DNA of 64,000 bases from the NCBI GenBank assembly GCA_963675595.2, contig CAXXLZ010000001.1, forward strand, positions 1,184,001 through 1,248,000. The letters run 5' to 3'. Shown here in pieces: positions 1-10,395 of the stretch. The stretch's first letter is position 1; each line of letters opens with the position of its first letter. The notes beneath the pieces were generated by a model, which ran no database searches, was not told the DNA's origin, and saw nothing but the letters and a program-made list of their open reading frames with translations. The DNA is from Thermodesulfobacteriota bacterium (lineage in GTDB: Bacteria; Desulfobacterota; Desulfarculia; JACQYL01). Made by a program: the position numbers and the translations under genes.

Positions 1-259
1 ATTGCCTAATTTCTCGACTCCGACAACGCCGGACGGTCTCCAGAGGAAGAACGGCCGGCGTTTCGTTTGTGTAGGTGGGTATGTTTCCGGAGAGGTTAGT
101 GAGCCGAACGAATGGTGGAATGCACGGCGCACTTCACCGGATATTTTAGTTTACATAATATATCTTATCAGACATAAAAACGAGGGCGGCGGGGGGCCGA
201 AACCAGCCGTCCATTGGGTGCCCGGCCGCATTCCGCCCTCGTCCGGTTCGTTTACTATC

Positions 260-1051
260 ATGGCCCTCAATCTCGACCGCATCACCATCGTTCTTCATCA
301 ACTGCACTATCCCGAGAATATCGGTTCCGCCGCACGTGCCGCCATGAACATGGGCATCAAGAGTCTCCGTTTGGTGGCCCCGGAGAATTGGGATTTGGCT
401 CGGGCTCTCAAACTGGCTACGCATGTCGCCGCGCCGTTGATCCTCGACCAAGCCCCCTTCCAAACCTTGGAAGAGGCTTTGGAACCCTTCCATTTTGTCG
501 TCGGGACCACGGCCCGAACCGGTAGAGGCCGTCCCGCCACCGTGGACCCGAGAACCATGGCGGCGAAACTCGCCCAACTCCCCGATCATGCGGAGATCGC
601 CTTGCTTTTCGGACCCGAGGACCGCGGTCTGAGCAATGAGGAATTGAAATACTGTCAAGAAGTCGCGATCATCCCCACCGCCGGCTTTCATTCCCTCAAT
701 GTGGCACAGGCCGTGCTCGTCCTTGCATATGAATGCCTTCTAACCTCGCGAATACCGGTGGTCGCACCCGTGGAACGGGAACCCCATCCCTCTCCGCCGG
801 CCGAACACGGGGAAATGGAACGAATGTACGAACACTTGCAGGACACGCTGACTCGTATTGATTTCATCAACCCGGAGAATCCGCGATATTGGATGCGCAA
901 GCTCAGGAGAACCCTTTCAAGGTTTCACCTGACTCATCGAGACGTCGCTCTCATTCTCGGCTTGTGTCGGCAGATCAATTGGTTCGCAGGTTCCGTCGAG
1001 GCTTCAAAACGCGAACTTGGGTCGGACGATAAAACCATTAATATAAAGTAG
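260..1051 (+). CDS. trmJ: TrmJ/SpoU-family tRNA/rRNA 2'-O-methyltransferase
   Basis: ENIGSAARAAMNMG, LLFGPEDRGLSNEEL and SLNVAQAV SPOUT motifs, plus a TrmJ-type C-terminal helical domain. Start moved to ATG 260. Confidence 0.88.
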   Translation: MALNLDRITIVLHQLHYPENIGSAARAAMNMGIKSLRLVAPENWDLARALKLATHVAAPLILDQAPFQTLEEALEPFHFVVGTTARTGRGRPATVDPRTMAAKLAQLPDHAEIALLFGPEDRGLSNEELKYCQEVAIIPTAGFHSLNVAQAVLVLAYECLLTSRIPVVAPVEREPHPSPPAEHGEMERMYEHLQDTLTRIDFINPENPRYWMRKLRRTLSRFHLTHRDVALILGLCRQINWFAGSVEASKRELGSDDKTINIK

Positions 1052-1226
1052 ATTACGGGCAATAGTTGATATATGGAGGAAGGTTTTAGGGTCGATTTGG
1101 GACTTCTGACAACGGACTTGAAGCGGGCCGGCGAGATCGACGATCAATGAAGACCGGAAGTTCACTGTGCATGGGGTTGTGCGCGTCACGGTGGTCGACG
1201 GCCTGCTCCGGGAAAGGAGAGGGTTG

Positions 1227-2159
1227 ATGGAGAAGACGACGGTGAGCCGAACGGGACTTACCTTCATGGGGACCGGTGGAGCGTGGAGCGTCCCGGAGTA
1301 CGGATGCCCGTGTAAAATCTGTCAAACCATGGAAGCACGAGGCCAATACCGGCGTCGTTCCGCTCTCTTATGGCAAGGGTCGGAGACGCTTCTTCTGGAC
1401 TGCGGCCCGGATATATGCCGGCAGCTCTGGGATTACAGGGTTCCCAAGCCCGATGCGGTGTTCTTGTCCCACGAGCACGGGGACCATTTCTTGGGCCTGG
1501 ATGAACTGCTTTCGTTCCGGCGTTGTCTCCCGAAAAAAGAGTTCTCTCTCATCCCTCTGTATGCCACTGAAGAAACCTTCAAGGCAGTGGAAACGAGGTT
1601 CGGCTATCTGATCGGGAGCGTTTTCGAGAAAAGAATTATTCATCCGGGGGAACCGGCCGGCGGGCTTAAGACCACCGTCATTCCCTTTAAGACCTATCAT
1701 GGGGATTTCGCGCCGGGCTCGGTGGGGCTTATGGTGGAAGACCAGGGTCGGCGACTCTGTTACACGTCGGATTTCAGCTCGTTGCCGGATTGGCCCTCGT
1801 TCCTGTTCGAGCCGGACACGCTTGTGATTCAGTCATATTGGCTCCATGAGCCCGTGGTCAACCGCCCCAATCACCTTTCCTTTCAGAACGCCGTTCCTTA
1901 TATTCGGAAGTGGAAGGCGAAAACCGTTTACCTAACCCACCTGTCGGACCAGGACTGCGTTCCGGGAGACCCGGCCAACGACATGATGAAGAAAGTCCCC
2001 CCCAAGTCTCCCCTTACACCTCCCGACTCTTCGGTGCCTTACCCGGTTCCGACCTGCCAGGAGGAATGGGAGGAAGTCGCCGGAAAAGCGGCTCGAGATT
2101 ACGGACTCGAATCTTCAGTGCACGTTGCGTTCGACGGGTTGAACATAGATCCGACATGA
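1227..2159 (+). CDS. MBL-fold metallo-hydrolase (PhnP/YycJ-like)
   Basis: FMGTGG..VP..CPCKIC, LLDCGPD, SHEHGDH, YTSD and YLTHLS motifs. AGGAGA RBS before ATG 1227. Confidence 0.85.
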   Translation: MEKTTVSRTGLTFMGTGGAWSVPEYGCPCKICQTMEARGQYRRRSALLWQGSETLLLDCGPDICRQLWDYRVPKPDAVFLSHEHGDHFLGLDELLSFRRCLPKKEFSLIPLYATEETFKAVETRFGYLIGSVFEKRIIHPGEPAGGLKTTVIPFKTYHGDFAPGSVGLMVEDQGRRLCYTSDFSSLPDWPSFLFEPDTLVIQSYWLHEPVVNRPNHLSFQNAVPYIRKWKAKTVYLTHLSDQDCVPGDPANDMMKKVPPKSPLTPPDSSVPYPVPTCQEEWEEVAGKAARDYGLESSVHVAFDGLNIDPT

Positions 2160-2181
2160 GGTGTCGGCGCGGGAGTTTGAT

Positions 2182-2649
2182 ATGCAAGTTGATATTCCGG
2201 GATTCGGCAATCTGACGATTAACCACCTCGTTCTGGATTTCACCGGCACCCTTTCGGTCAGTGGGACGTTGATTTCCGGAGTGGCGGAGAGGCTGACCGC
2301 TCTGGCTTCCCAGGTGACGATCCACGTGATTACGGCGGATACCTTCGGCAAGGCGCGGGGCGCCCTTGAGGGCCTTCCGGTGGAACTCACCGTGATGAAA
2401 GGTTCTCCTGAAGACAAGTTAAAAGCCGACTTCGTGGAAAGCCTTGGCGCGGAGTGCGTCATTGCCATGGGGAACGGGAACAACGATCGGTTGATGCTCG
2501 GAAAGGCCGCCGTCGGAGTGGCGGTCGTCGAAAGGGAAGGATGTTCCGGGGCGGCCCTCTCCTCGGCCGACTTGATGGTGACGAGTATACTGGACGGCTT
2601 GGACCTCTTGGCGGTGCCTCTGAGGCTCAAGGCGGGACTCCGGTTCTGA
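2182..2649 (+). CDS. HAD-family hydrolase (soluble P-type ATPase-like)
   Basis: LDFTGTL, ITADTFG, MGNGNND and C-terminal RLKAGLR motifs. Confidence 0.8.
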   Translation: MQVDIPGFGNLTINHLVLDFTGTLSVSGTLISGVAERLTALASQVTIHVITADTFGKARGALEGLPVELTVMKGSPEDKLKADFVESLGAECVIAMGNGNNDRLMLGKAAVGVAVVEREGCSGAALSSADLMVTSILDGLDLLAVPLRLKAGLRF

Positions 2650-2719
2650 GCCGTCCATAATTCTCCCCGCCGATGGACTGCGAACAGGTCGCCGGCGGGG
2701 GGCCTCCCGTTGCCGACGT

Positions 2720-3187
2720 TCAGGGTTTCCTTGGAGGACCAACTCCTTTTTCCCGGGCCAGCTGATCGACCTTTTTCTCAAGCGCATCTAGTCTGCGAAG
2801 GATTTCCGAAACGACCCGCTCTCCTTTCTTCTCAATGTTGTCCACCCTTGCCGACAGTTGGTCCGCGCTGGATTTCGTCTGCGTGAACCGATTGACCTTC
2901 TCGATCAGGTCGGAGATTCCCTGCCGGTCCGAACGATTCGCATGCCCTCCTCCCTGGGATGCCTCGACGCCTTCGATTTCGCTGGAGAGCTCACGGACTT
3001 TGAGCTCGAGCTTCGCCAGAGTCTCGTAAGTCCCGGGATCAATGCCGGCCCCGGAAGAGAGCAGCACCTTGAACATCATGGCGAGGCCGATCACGATGAC
3101 GATGAGCAGGAGTTTCTCCAATACGGAAAGGCGGAACCTGCGCCGGGCGTTATCGGGAGCGGATGGGATTTCATTGTCGGAAGTCAT
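2720..3187 (-). CDS. Hypothetical single-TM protein with coiled-coil C-terminus
   Basis: Hydrophobic LLLIVIVIGLAMMF stretch followed by heptad-like segments. Confidence 0.6.
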   Translation of the reverse strand: MTSDNEIPSAPDNARRRFRLSVLEKLLLIVIVIGLAMMFKVLLSSGAGIDPGTYETLAKLELKVRELSSEIEGVEASQGGGHANRSDRQGISDLIEKVNRFTQTKSSADQLSARVDNIEKKGERVVSEILRRLDALEKKVDQLAREKGVGPPRKP

Positions 3188-3269
3188 GGGTATCCTGGTC
3201 TAACGAAGACGTTATGAAATAGGAAGTTACTGAAACAACATAATGTAAATTGTTAGATGTCTTCTCGGC

Positions 3270-5102
3270 TCAGACATTGATGTACGAACGAGCATACGTC
3301 CGGACGTGTCGGCCTTCGAGGACGTGAAACGTCCTCATTTTCTTGATCACCTGCGGAGAGAACGTTCCCATGGGAAGGTAGATAATTTTCTTCCCCATTC
3401 GCTCGGCCAAGGCGTACATGCCGGAAACCGGGGGGCGGGAAGAAATGTAGAGCACGTTCCTCTCCAAGCTGTAGTCCAGTGCGGCCATCAGCAGGCGTTC
3501 GTGTTTTTTTTCGAATTCGTCGAAAAAAGGATCTTCCCAAATGTCATATACCCTCCTTGGAGGATAGCTCAACAAGAATCCACCATAGACGCATTGAGAG
3601 ATTCCGGGTCCCACGAGGTGGGAGCCCGTTTGCGTGGCGTAAAAAGCCATGTCCGATTCCTGGTCGTGTTCACCAAGCCAGGTGAGCTTCCAAGGATATT
3701 GTTCGTCTTCCGGGTCCTCGTCTTCGTCGAACACAATGACCAATGAACCGACGTTGCCTCTGAACGGACGGTTTTCGTTCACGTAGATTCTTCCATCCAA
3801 GACCCAGTTCCGTGCGGTTTCTCTCGCGTTGATCCCGTCCAGCAGGGAAGTGGTGAAGGGAACCGTGCGCGACTGATCTTCGGACAGAATCTTGATGGCG
3901 CGTTTCTTGGCGTAGTCTCCAAAGCCTTCCACCGCCACGTCCTCGGGCGGATAGGAACAAATCGTCAGGCCGAGCCATTCGCTTCGCCATTTCTCCCGGT
4001 CTTTCCTCGAAATTCGCCTGCGACCCGGTATGGGAACGAGCTTCCGGCGAAGGGTCTTCATTCGCCGATGGAAGCGAATCAGTTTTCGATTCAGATAGAG
4101 GTCGTCTCCGGAAAGCTCCATCACGGGCAACGAGGGCTGATCTTCGTGAAACGGGTAATCCGAACCGATGTCCCATAGTTCAAAAGCGAAATTGTCGTTC
4201 ACCGCGCCTCGGGCCGCGATGATCAACTTGTAGAAGTCCGGAACCAGGCGTCCCTGGACCCAGGCATAGTTCCGTGCGAATTGGAAAAGGACCCGTCTTT
4301 GCACGGGAGTCACCTCTTCCTTGTCGTGCTGATAGTAAAGGGCTTCGGCGCGTTCAACCAGTTCCCGTTGAAGCCCGGGGCGGTCCGGTGGAGCGTAGAG
4401 CAATGTGCCCTTTTCCCTTTCTTCTTCATAGCGTCGGACCAAAAAGGGCATTTCGCTGAGAACTTCCCGACTGGATTCCGGATGCAGACTTGCCAGGGAG
4501 GCGTCCCGAGGTTTGACTCGGCCCAAAGGTCGGACCTGGTGCGTTTCCATTCCACGCTTTACCGGCACATAGTGATTCAGGCCCAAGACCAGGGCCACGC
4601 GCTCGTATGAAGAGGAAAGCCGGCGGAGGTGCCAACACATATTGCATTCGCGCATGGCATCCGCGGAGGACGACGGTCGGTCTCCGTATTGAAGGGCGAA
4701 CGCGTCTATGTAGGCCTGGTAGCCGATGCGGGTTACCGCGTAACTGTCGGGCATGGGCTCCATCACTCGCGGATACCCTTCCACATCCAGGTCGACGCAG
4801 TAAACCGGGACGTCATGCTCCAGCCCGTAACGAACCGCTTCGAACATGGCGTCGTGGGGTTCGGCGATGAGGTAGACCAGAGCCCCTTCCCTCTCCTGGT
4901 AGTGAATCACCGTAAGGTAGGGAAGCCTACGGGCCGCACGGAGAATGGGCTGCTGGAGCGTGCTCGGAAACTCGACCGCCACGGCATCCGGCTTCAGTTC
5001 ATGGAGTCGGCGGTGGACCTCCAGGCCGAACTCGTACCTCCCATGCAGTACCGGTAGAAGCGTGACCCCGCCGGTGGGGCTCGCATTCTTGGTCCGTGTC
5101 AT
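3270..5102 (-). CDS. Conserved hypothetical 610-aa protein (TraB/DUF5682-like N-terminus), partner of the AAA ATPase
   Basis: Long ORF with PDAVAVEFP and MRE..M...LR..S....VALVLGLNH motifs. Overlaps the AAA stop by 4 nt. Confidence 0.7.
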   Translation of the reverse strand: MTRTKNASPTGGVTLLPVLHGRYEFGLEVHRRLHELKPDAVAVEFPSTLQQPILRAARRLPYLTVIHYQEREGALVYLIAEPHDAMFEAVRYGLEHDVPVYCVDLDVEGYPRVMEPMPDSYAVTRIGYQAYIDAFALQYGDRPSSSADAMRECNMCWHLRRLSSSYERVALVLGLNHYVPVKRGMETHQVRPLGRVKPRDASLASLHPESSREVLSEMPFLVRRYEEEREKGTLLYAPPDRPGLQRELVERAEALYYQHDKEEVTPVQRRVLFQFARNYAWVQGRLVPDFYKLIIAARGAVNDNFAFELWDIGSDYPFHEDQPSLPVMELSGDDLYLNRKLIRFHRRMKTLRRKLVPIPGRRRISRKDREKWRSEWLGLTICSYPPEDVAVEGFGDYAKKRAIKILSEDQSRTVPFTTSLLDGINARETARNWVLDGRIYVNENRPFRGNVGSLVIVFDEDEDPEDEQYPWKLTWLGEHDQESDMAFYATQTGSHLVGPGISQCVYGGFLLSYPPRRVYDIWEDPFFDEFEKKHERLLMAALDYSLERNVLYISSRPPVSGMYALAERMGKKIIYLPMGTFSPQVIKKMRTFHVLEGRHVRTYARSYINV

Positions 5103-5947
5103 CGGGCTTTTGGAACTCCCAGCAAGTAGACCAGGGCGTCTTCACCCAGGATGAGGCGAACTGCGGAGCTCACGCCGGCCAGGACTTCCGACGGTGCGGG
5201 TTCGGCTTGGGCGCTCAGAAGCTTCAGTGCATATCTCCCCACGTTGATGCCGTCCCGAACACTAAATCGCTCACCCGCGGAATGAGACAAACGGAGGAAT
5301 TCCACCACATAATCGAGAACGATTTCGTCGGCGAAGGGAAGATTCCTCGACAAGATCAATCGCTCATCTTCGGGTTCGGGAAAATCAATGAGAATCTGGG
5401 GCTGAATTCTTGAATGGATATACTCCGGCAATTCAAACGTGCTCGCATCATCGTTCATGGTCGCACAGAAGCGGAAATCGGTATGGGCGGCTATTTTGAT
5501 CCCGGCCACGATGGATTCCACATATCTTCGGTGATCCAGAAGAGGAGCCAGAGAAGCCCAGCTCTTTTCACTCATGCGATTGCCCTCGTCCAGAATGCAC
5601 ACGCCTCCCTGGATCATGGCGGAAAGCAGAGGGGAAGCCATATAGTTGATGCGCCCTCCTTCGCCGATAACCGGGGTGACGATGAGGTCTTCGGGCCGGG
5701 TGTCCATGGTGGCCTGAAAAAGGTACACGGGCCTGAACAGCCTCTTGGCGGCCGCGTAGGCAAGCGTGGTCTTGCCGACACCCGGTTTGCCCACTAGTCG
5801 AGGATTCAAAGGCAGGTCTTCTTCACCCAAAACCAGCCATGCGGCGAGTACCTGGTCGATCAGCTCCGTCTGCCCCACCCAGTCACAATGGATCTCGTCG
5901 GGTCGGGACAGATGAAGGGTTATCCCGTCAATCACTACTTTCTTCAT
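5099..5947 (-). CDS. MoxR/CbbQ-like AAA+ ATPase (AAA_5)
   Basis: Walker A GKPGVGKTT, Walker B ILDEGNR, FRFCATMN sensor, FSVRD. Confidence 0.88.
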   Translation of the reverse strand: MKKVVIDGITLHLSRPDEIHCDWVGQTELIDQVLAAWLVLGEEDLPLNPRLVGKPGVGKTTLAYAAAKRLFRPVYLFQATMDTRPEDLIVTPVIGEGGRINYMASPLLSAMIQGGVCILDEGNRMSEKSWASLAPLLDHRRYVESIVAGIKIAAHTDFRFCATMNDDASTFELPEYIHSRIQPQILIDFPEPEDERLILSRNLPFADEIVLDYVVEFLRLSHSAGERFSVRDGINVGRYALKLLSAQAEPAPSEVLAGVSSAVRLILGEDALVYLLGVPKAR

Positions 5948-6177
5948 GCGTTTCTCTGTCCGTGATGAATTTTGCGCCCCATGTCCGAAGGCCGCTTGAA
6001 GTGATTCGTTGATAAAACGAAAGCATGATAAAGCAGCCTAGAAGGAATTGCAAACAGAGGCGGGAAGCAAGGGCGGCGGACTTTCCGCGGTCCTGCGTCG
6101 CCAAGCCTTCGGCTCCCTGCTTGACAGAGTCCGGGTTTTTCCTGTACCCGTACGCAATCTCACATAAGAGGTGACAT

Positions 6178-7932
6178 ATGAAGTCCAACATCGTTTTGCA
6201 GGATGCACCCAAGACCTATACCTTCGACCAGGACAAGGCCGAATCTCCGGAACGAACCGTTCGGCGCATCAAGGAAGTGCTGAAAAAGGCCGGGCTGGAC
6301 ATACTCAAGGAGACCTTGCGTGTGGACGCCGGTCGACTGGGCATTCCGGTTTACGTCAGCCTCTGTGGAAGCGAAGCGCTGCGAACCATCGGCACCAAGA
6401 AGCAGATGGGAAAAGGCGCCACGCCGGAACAGGCGGAGGCCAGCGCCCTGGCGGAACTGGTCGAGCGTTTCAGCTTTTTCCATTTTCTTGAGAATCATCC
6501 GTTTCTGATAAGCGACTACGAGCACGTGGCCGACGATGCACTCCCCTTCCCCGAACTGGCGAAGTCCGTGCACCACGATTCGCTGGATTTGGACAGGGCT
6601 CGGGAGGCGCTTGAGGGGATCCCCCTGAAGTGGGCCTGGGCGAAAAATCTCACAACGGACGAAGACGTCCTTGTCCCGGTGGACTGGTTTTACGAGATCA
6701 ATCAGTTCAACGGTCCCTCCGCCGGCAACCGGCTGGAAGAAGCCGTCCTGCAGGGAATCTGCGAAGTGGTGGAACGGCACGTTTCGGCTCTGGTCTGCCG
6801 TGGAATGCTCGAAGTGGCGGACGTGGATTTCGCCGGGCCGGCGAGTTCCGCGGCACGTGAGCTGGTGGACAAATACGAGAAAGTGGGGATCAAACTTCAT
6901 GTCAAGGATTTCACCTTGGACATGGGTATTCCCACTATCGGTGCGTTGGCTTGGGACCCCACGACCTTTCCGCAACGCAGCGAGATCGTTTTCACCGCGG
7001 GCACGGCCACGGACCCGGAGAAGGCTTTCATTCGTGCGCTCACCGAGATCGCGCAGTTGGCCGGGGATTTCGACACCACGGGCGAATACGTGGCCAGCGG
7101 GTTGCCCAAACCCTCCAGGCTGGACGAAGTTCAGTACATAGTGAAACCGGGCGGGGATCAAGTCGGTCTAAACGAGCTCCCCAATCTCTCCCATGAAAAC
7201 ATTCGAGTGGAGGTGGAGCGGTGTGTGACGGCCTTGGCTCGAAAAGGATTTCAGGTCCTCGCACTGAACACCACCCATCCGGTCCTGGAGTTCCCTGCGG
7301 TATATATCATGATTCCCGGGTGCCATTTCCGGGAGCGCTCTCGCGGAACAAGCGTGCCGTTCTTCGCGGCCAAACTGTGCTTTCAGGCGTTTCCACCGGA
7401 TCAGGCCGTTGAACGTCTGAAGCGTTTGAGCCGCTTGTATCCGGACAAATATTATCTGGAATACTATCAAGGAGTCTGTCACGCCCATTTGGAGCGGCAG
7501 GACAAGGCGCTCGAACATTTTTCCAGAGCCATGGAACTCTCGCCGGCCCCGGAAGACGCTTCCACCATACAGTGCTACAAGGGAATCTGTTATAAGGATA
7601 TGGAGCGCTTTGAGCAGGCCATTCGAGAGCTGGAAGAAGCGGTCCGAATGGATCCCGACTGCAAAGAAGCTTACAACGCCATGGGCTTCTGTCGCTTCAA
7701 GCTCAAGGAGCACGAAAAGGCCATCGAATGTTTCGAGAATGCCCTCCGGATCGATCCCGGCTCCGCCATCGATTACGCGAACATCGCCACAAACCTGAGA
7801 GAACTCGGTCGGATCGACGAAGCGATTCGGCTCTACGGGATGGCCCTTGAGCTGGACGACTCCCTTGATTTCGCGAAACGAAACCTGGAATTCCTCAGAC
7901 GGAAGCAGGACGGGCTCGCAGGGGACGAATAG
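6178..7932 (+). CDS. YcaO-family protein with C-terminal TPR repeats
   Basis: QMGKG...A.ASALAELVER, NGPSAGN.LEEA.LQGICEVVERH and RALTEIAQ YcaO motifs, followed by about 4 TPRs. Confidence 0.9.
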   Translation: MKSNIVLQDAPKTYTFDQDKAESPERTVRRIKEVLKKAGLDILKETLRVDAGRLGIPVYVSLCGSEALRTIGTKKQMGKGATPEQAEASALAELVERFSFFHFLENHPFLISDYEHVADDALPFPELAKSVHHDSLDLDRAREALEGIPLKWAWAKNLTTDEDVLVPVDWFYEINQFNGPSAGNRLEEAVLQGICEVVERHVSALVCRGMLEVADVDFAGPASSAARELVDKYEKVGIKLHVKDFTLDMGIPTIGALAWDPTTFPQRSEIVFTAGTATDPEKAFIRALTEIAQLAGDFDTTGEYVASGLPKPSRLDEVQYIVKPGGDQVGLNELPNLSHENIRVEVERCVTALARKGFQVLALNTTHPVLEFPAVYIMIPGCHFRERSRGTSVPFFAAKLCFQAFPPDQAVERLKRLSRLYPDKYYLEYYQGVCHAHLERQDKALEHFSRAMELSPAPEDASTIQCYKGICYKDMERFEQAIRELEEAVRMDPDCKEAYNAMGFCRFKLKEHEKAIECFENALRIDPGSAIDYANIATNLRELGRIDEAIRLYGMALELDDSLDFAKRNLEFLRRKQDGLAGDE

Positions 7933-8010
7933 GACAACGGGGCCGATGCGGCGGGTCGGTCGCATGCCGGATTCGTTCCTGACCGAGCACCGGACGCGAG
8001 CATGCAAGCC

Positions 8011-8039
8011 TTGACCGTTCCGCAGGATTCTTCTATATG
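8011..8039 (+). promoter_or_regulatory. Candidate sigma70 promoter
   Basis: TTGACC-17 bp-TATATG upstream of the lipoprotein gene. Confidence 0.4.
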
Positions 8040-8075
8040 GTAAGGCCAAATAAACTTGTGGAATCCGGGGGCGTT

Positions 8076-9563
8076 ATGAAGTGTACACAAAGGAAAATCG
8101 CGTGGTGGTTGAGTCTGATCGCCTTGTTGCTGTGCGCATGCGGAGACCGTTCCGTGGATCGGCCGAGCATTTCTTCGGTGGAACCGCTTGAAGCGCAAGT
8201 GAAGTCCGTGATTGTGATCCGCGGTTCGAATTTTATCGATTCGTACAGCCAAACCTTTGTACGTTTCGAAGGAAAATCGGCGGATCCCAAAGACTTCGTT
8301 TCCATCACCAACAATGAAATTCAGGTGCGCGTACCCACCCTGAGCAAGACCGGCAACCTTTACCTCGAAATCCAAGATGAAACCACGAACAGCGTGCCCT
8401 TTACCGTGTTCGGTCCATGGATCTATGTGGTCCACGGCGGTGACTTTCCAGGGCTCAGCGTTTTGGACAGCCATATCCCCGAGGACGGGACCGGCCTGGA
8501 CGTTCGGGCCGAGACCGCTCTCGATATGAAACCCGGCACCATGGCCACGACGCTGGAAGGAGACAAGGCCTACCTCACCCTGCCCTCCACCGATTCGGTG
8601 TTGGTTCTCGACGCACCCAAGAACTCGATCATCGGCACCATCGTCGAGGGTATCGGGCCGAACCCTTCCGCACTGGCTTTTACGGAATTGGATAAGCACA
8701 AGTGCTTTATCGCCAACCGGGGCGATCGCTCCGTTACGGTGGTGGATACCCTGACAAATACGGTGATCGATACCTTGGTTCCGGCCGCCGACGGCGATTC
8801 ACGTACGGATTGGGGGCAAGCTTCCGTTGTAGTTGATCCCGTTTTCGAGACCGTGTACGTCATTTTTGAGGATGAGGCCGTTTTGAGAGCCTATTGGGTG
8901 GACAGCCACGAACTTCGCTCGGAAACCTTGTTGGGTGATGGAATTCGCCCCACGCAATTGTTGGTACTACCCAACAATCTGAGGGTTTATTGTTTGACTC
9001 AGGGAAATACGCTGGAGGGAGACGACGTTACCGGTTCTTTGATCTCTTTCGACATAGGCGACCAAGCGATTCTGCGCACGACGCTTGTAGGTCAGGGACC
9101 CACCGAAATGGCCAATGTGGCGAACAGCTATTTGGTGGTGGCCAACAACACCAGCGACTCCGTAACCATCCTGAATACGGACGGAGACGTGGTGGACAAG
9201 ACCTTTTTTATCGAAGATGTGGGCGAGGAGCCCTTCGGCGTCACGGTATCCGACGAGAACGACCGTATTTTTGTTTCCAGCACGGTGGGCGGGAAGATTA
9301 CCGTGATCAATCGCAGCGACCTCGTTGTTGAAGACACCATCACCTTGTCCCAGGGAATCGAACAGGTGATTTATCGGGAAACCGGTGAAGGAGAGCGGCT
9401 TTTCGTGTTGAACCCGCTGGAGAATTCAATAGCTGCGGTCAACGTGGACGAGGACGACGATACGGGTGATGCTCCGAACACCGTGATTGCTTCAACACAG
9501 CTCGCCTCGGACGTGGAGTTCATGTACGTCGAAAGGCTGGATACCTATCCTCCTACGGACTAA
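8076..9563 (+). CDS. Lipoprotein with IPT/TIG domain and YVTN-type beta-propeller
   Basis: Lipobox LLCA-C, PSISSVEP...VIRGSNF...IQVRVP (IPT), repeated ANxxxxSVTV(I/V)D blades. Confidence 0.8.
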   Translation: MKCTQRKIAWWLSLIALLLCACGDRSVDRPSISSVEPLEAQVKSVIVIRGSNFIDSYSQTFVRFEGKSADPKDFVSITNNEIQVRVPTLSKTGNLYLEIQDETTNSVPFTVFGPWIYVVHGGDFPGLSVLDSHIPEDGTGLDVRAETALDMKPGTMATTLEGDKAYLTLPSTDSVLVLDAPKNSIIGTIVEGIGPNPSALAFTELDKHKCFIANRGDRSVTVVDTLTNTVIDTLVPAADGDSRTDWGQASVVVDPVFETVYVIFEDEAVLRAYWVDSHELRSETLLGDGIRPTQLLVLPNNLRVYCLTQGNTLEGDDVTGSLISFDIGDQAILRTTLVGQGPTEMANVANSYLVVANNTSDSVTILNTDGDVVDKTFFIEDVGEEPFGVTVSDENDRIFVSSTVGGKITVINRSDLVVEDTITLSQGIEQVIYRETGEGERLFVLNPLENSIAAVNVDEDDDTGDAPNTVIASTQLASDVEFMYVERLDTYPPTD

Positions 9564-9569
9564 GGGGCT

Positions 9570-10190
9570 TCAAAAAACCTTTTTGAGTTCGCTCAAATTA
9601 CGGATATGAAGGTCCGCTTTGAGTGAGGGATTGCGGAAGGCGATAAGCGGAACGTCGGCCGCTCGGGCCGCTTCCTCGTCCACGGAACTGTCGCCGACGT
9701 AGGCTGCTTCACCGGGGTGCAGGCCGAAAGCGCGAAGGACCTTCTCCAGGGGCTCGGCATGAGGCTTCGGGTTGCGGACGTCGAGAGCGGAGACGACCAT
9801 GTCGAAGAATTCCTCCAGCCCGTGAACGGAAACGATCATACCAATGGTGTTGGTCCGGTTGGTGACCAGAGCGGTTCTGTATTTGCGTTTCAGGTACCGT
9901 AGAGTGTCTTTCAGGTCGGGCTCTTCCGTCATGTATTTGAGGAAAAGAGCATAGTCCAAGGTCCCGTAATAGTCGAAGGCCCTGTCCACAAGATCCTGTC
10001 GATCCCTGAGGACATACTCGATGGATTGGTAGGTGGTTTTCATATGGATGATGTCTTCTTCTTCAGGGGACATGTCCGGAAGTCCCACATGATGAAGAAT
10101 GGCGTTGTAGAATCGCACGTTGGCGGTTCGGGAATCGAACATCACCCCATCACAATCGAACAGTACGGCTTTGGTATCGTGGCTCCACAT
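9570..10190 (-). CDS. HAD-family phosphatase (phosphoglycolate phosphatase-like)
   Basis: LFDCDGV, VTNR, PKPHAEP and YVGDS..D motifs. Confidence 0.85.
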   Translation of the reverse strand: MWSHDTKAVLFDCDGVMFDSRTANVRFYNAILHHVGLPDMSPEEEDIIHMKTTYQSIEYVLRDRQDLVDRAFDYYGTLDYALFLKYMTEEPDLKDTLRYLKRKYRTALVTNRTNTIGMIVSVHGLEEFFDMVVSALDVRNPKPHAEPLEKVLRAFGLHPGEAAYVGDSSVDEEAARAADVPLIAFRNPSLKADLHIRNLSELKKVF

Positions 10191-10340
10191 GATGCTTCGC
10201 TCCAAGGGAAGAATGCCGGGCGGCGCATCGGCCCGGGAGAAAAAGACACCATAAAGGAAAAGGCGGTCCAAGGCAAGAAGAGGCAATAAGGTGATCCAAC
10301 TCACGGGAGCGCGCCGTCAACGTCGGAGCGAAGAAATGAA

Positions 10341-10369
10341 TTGCTCTGTCTAAGAATTCATGATAGAAA
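10341..10369 (+). promoter_or_regulatory. Candidate promoter for tRNA-His
   Basis: TTGCTC-17 bp-TAGAAA with a TG extended -10. Confidence 0.35.
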
Positions 10370-10395
10370 TAAAGATTCAGTGACGATGTAGCTAC

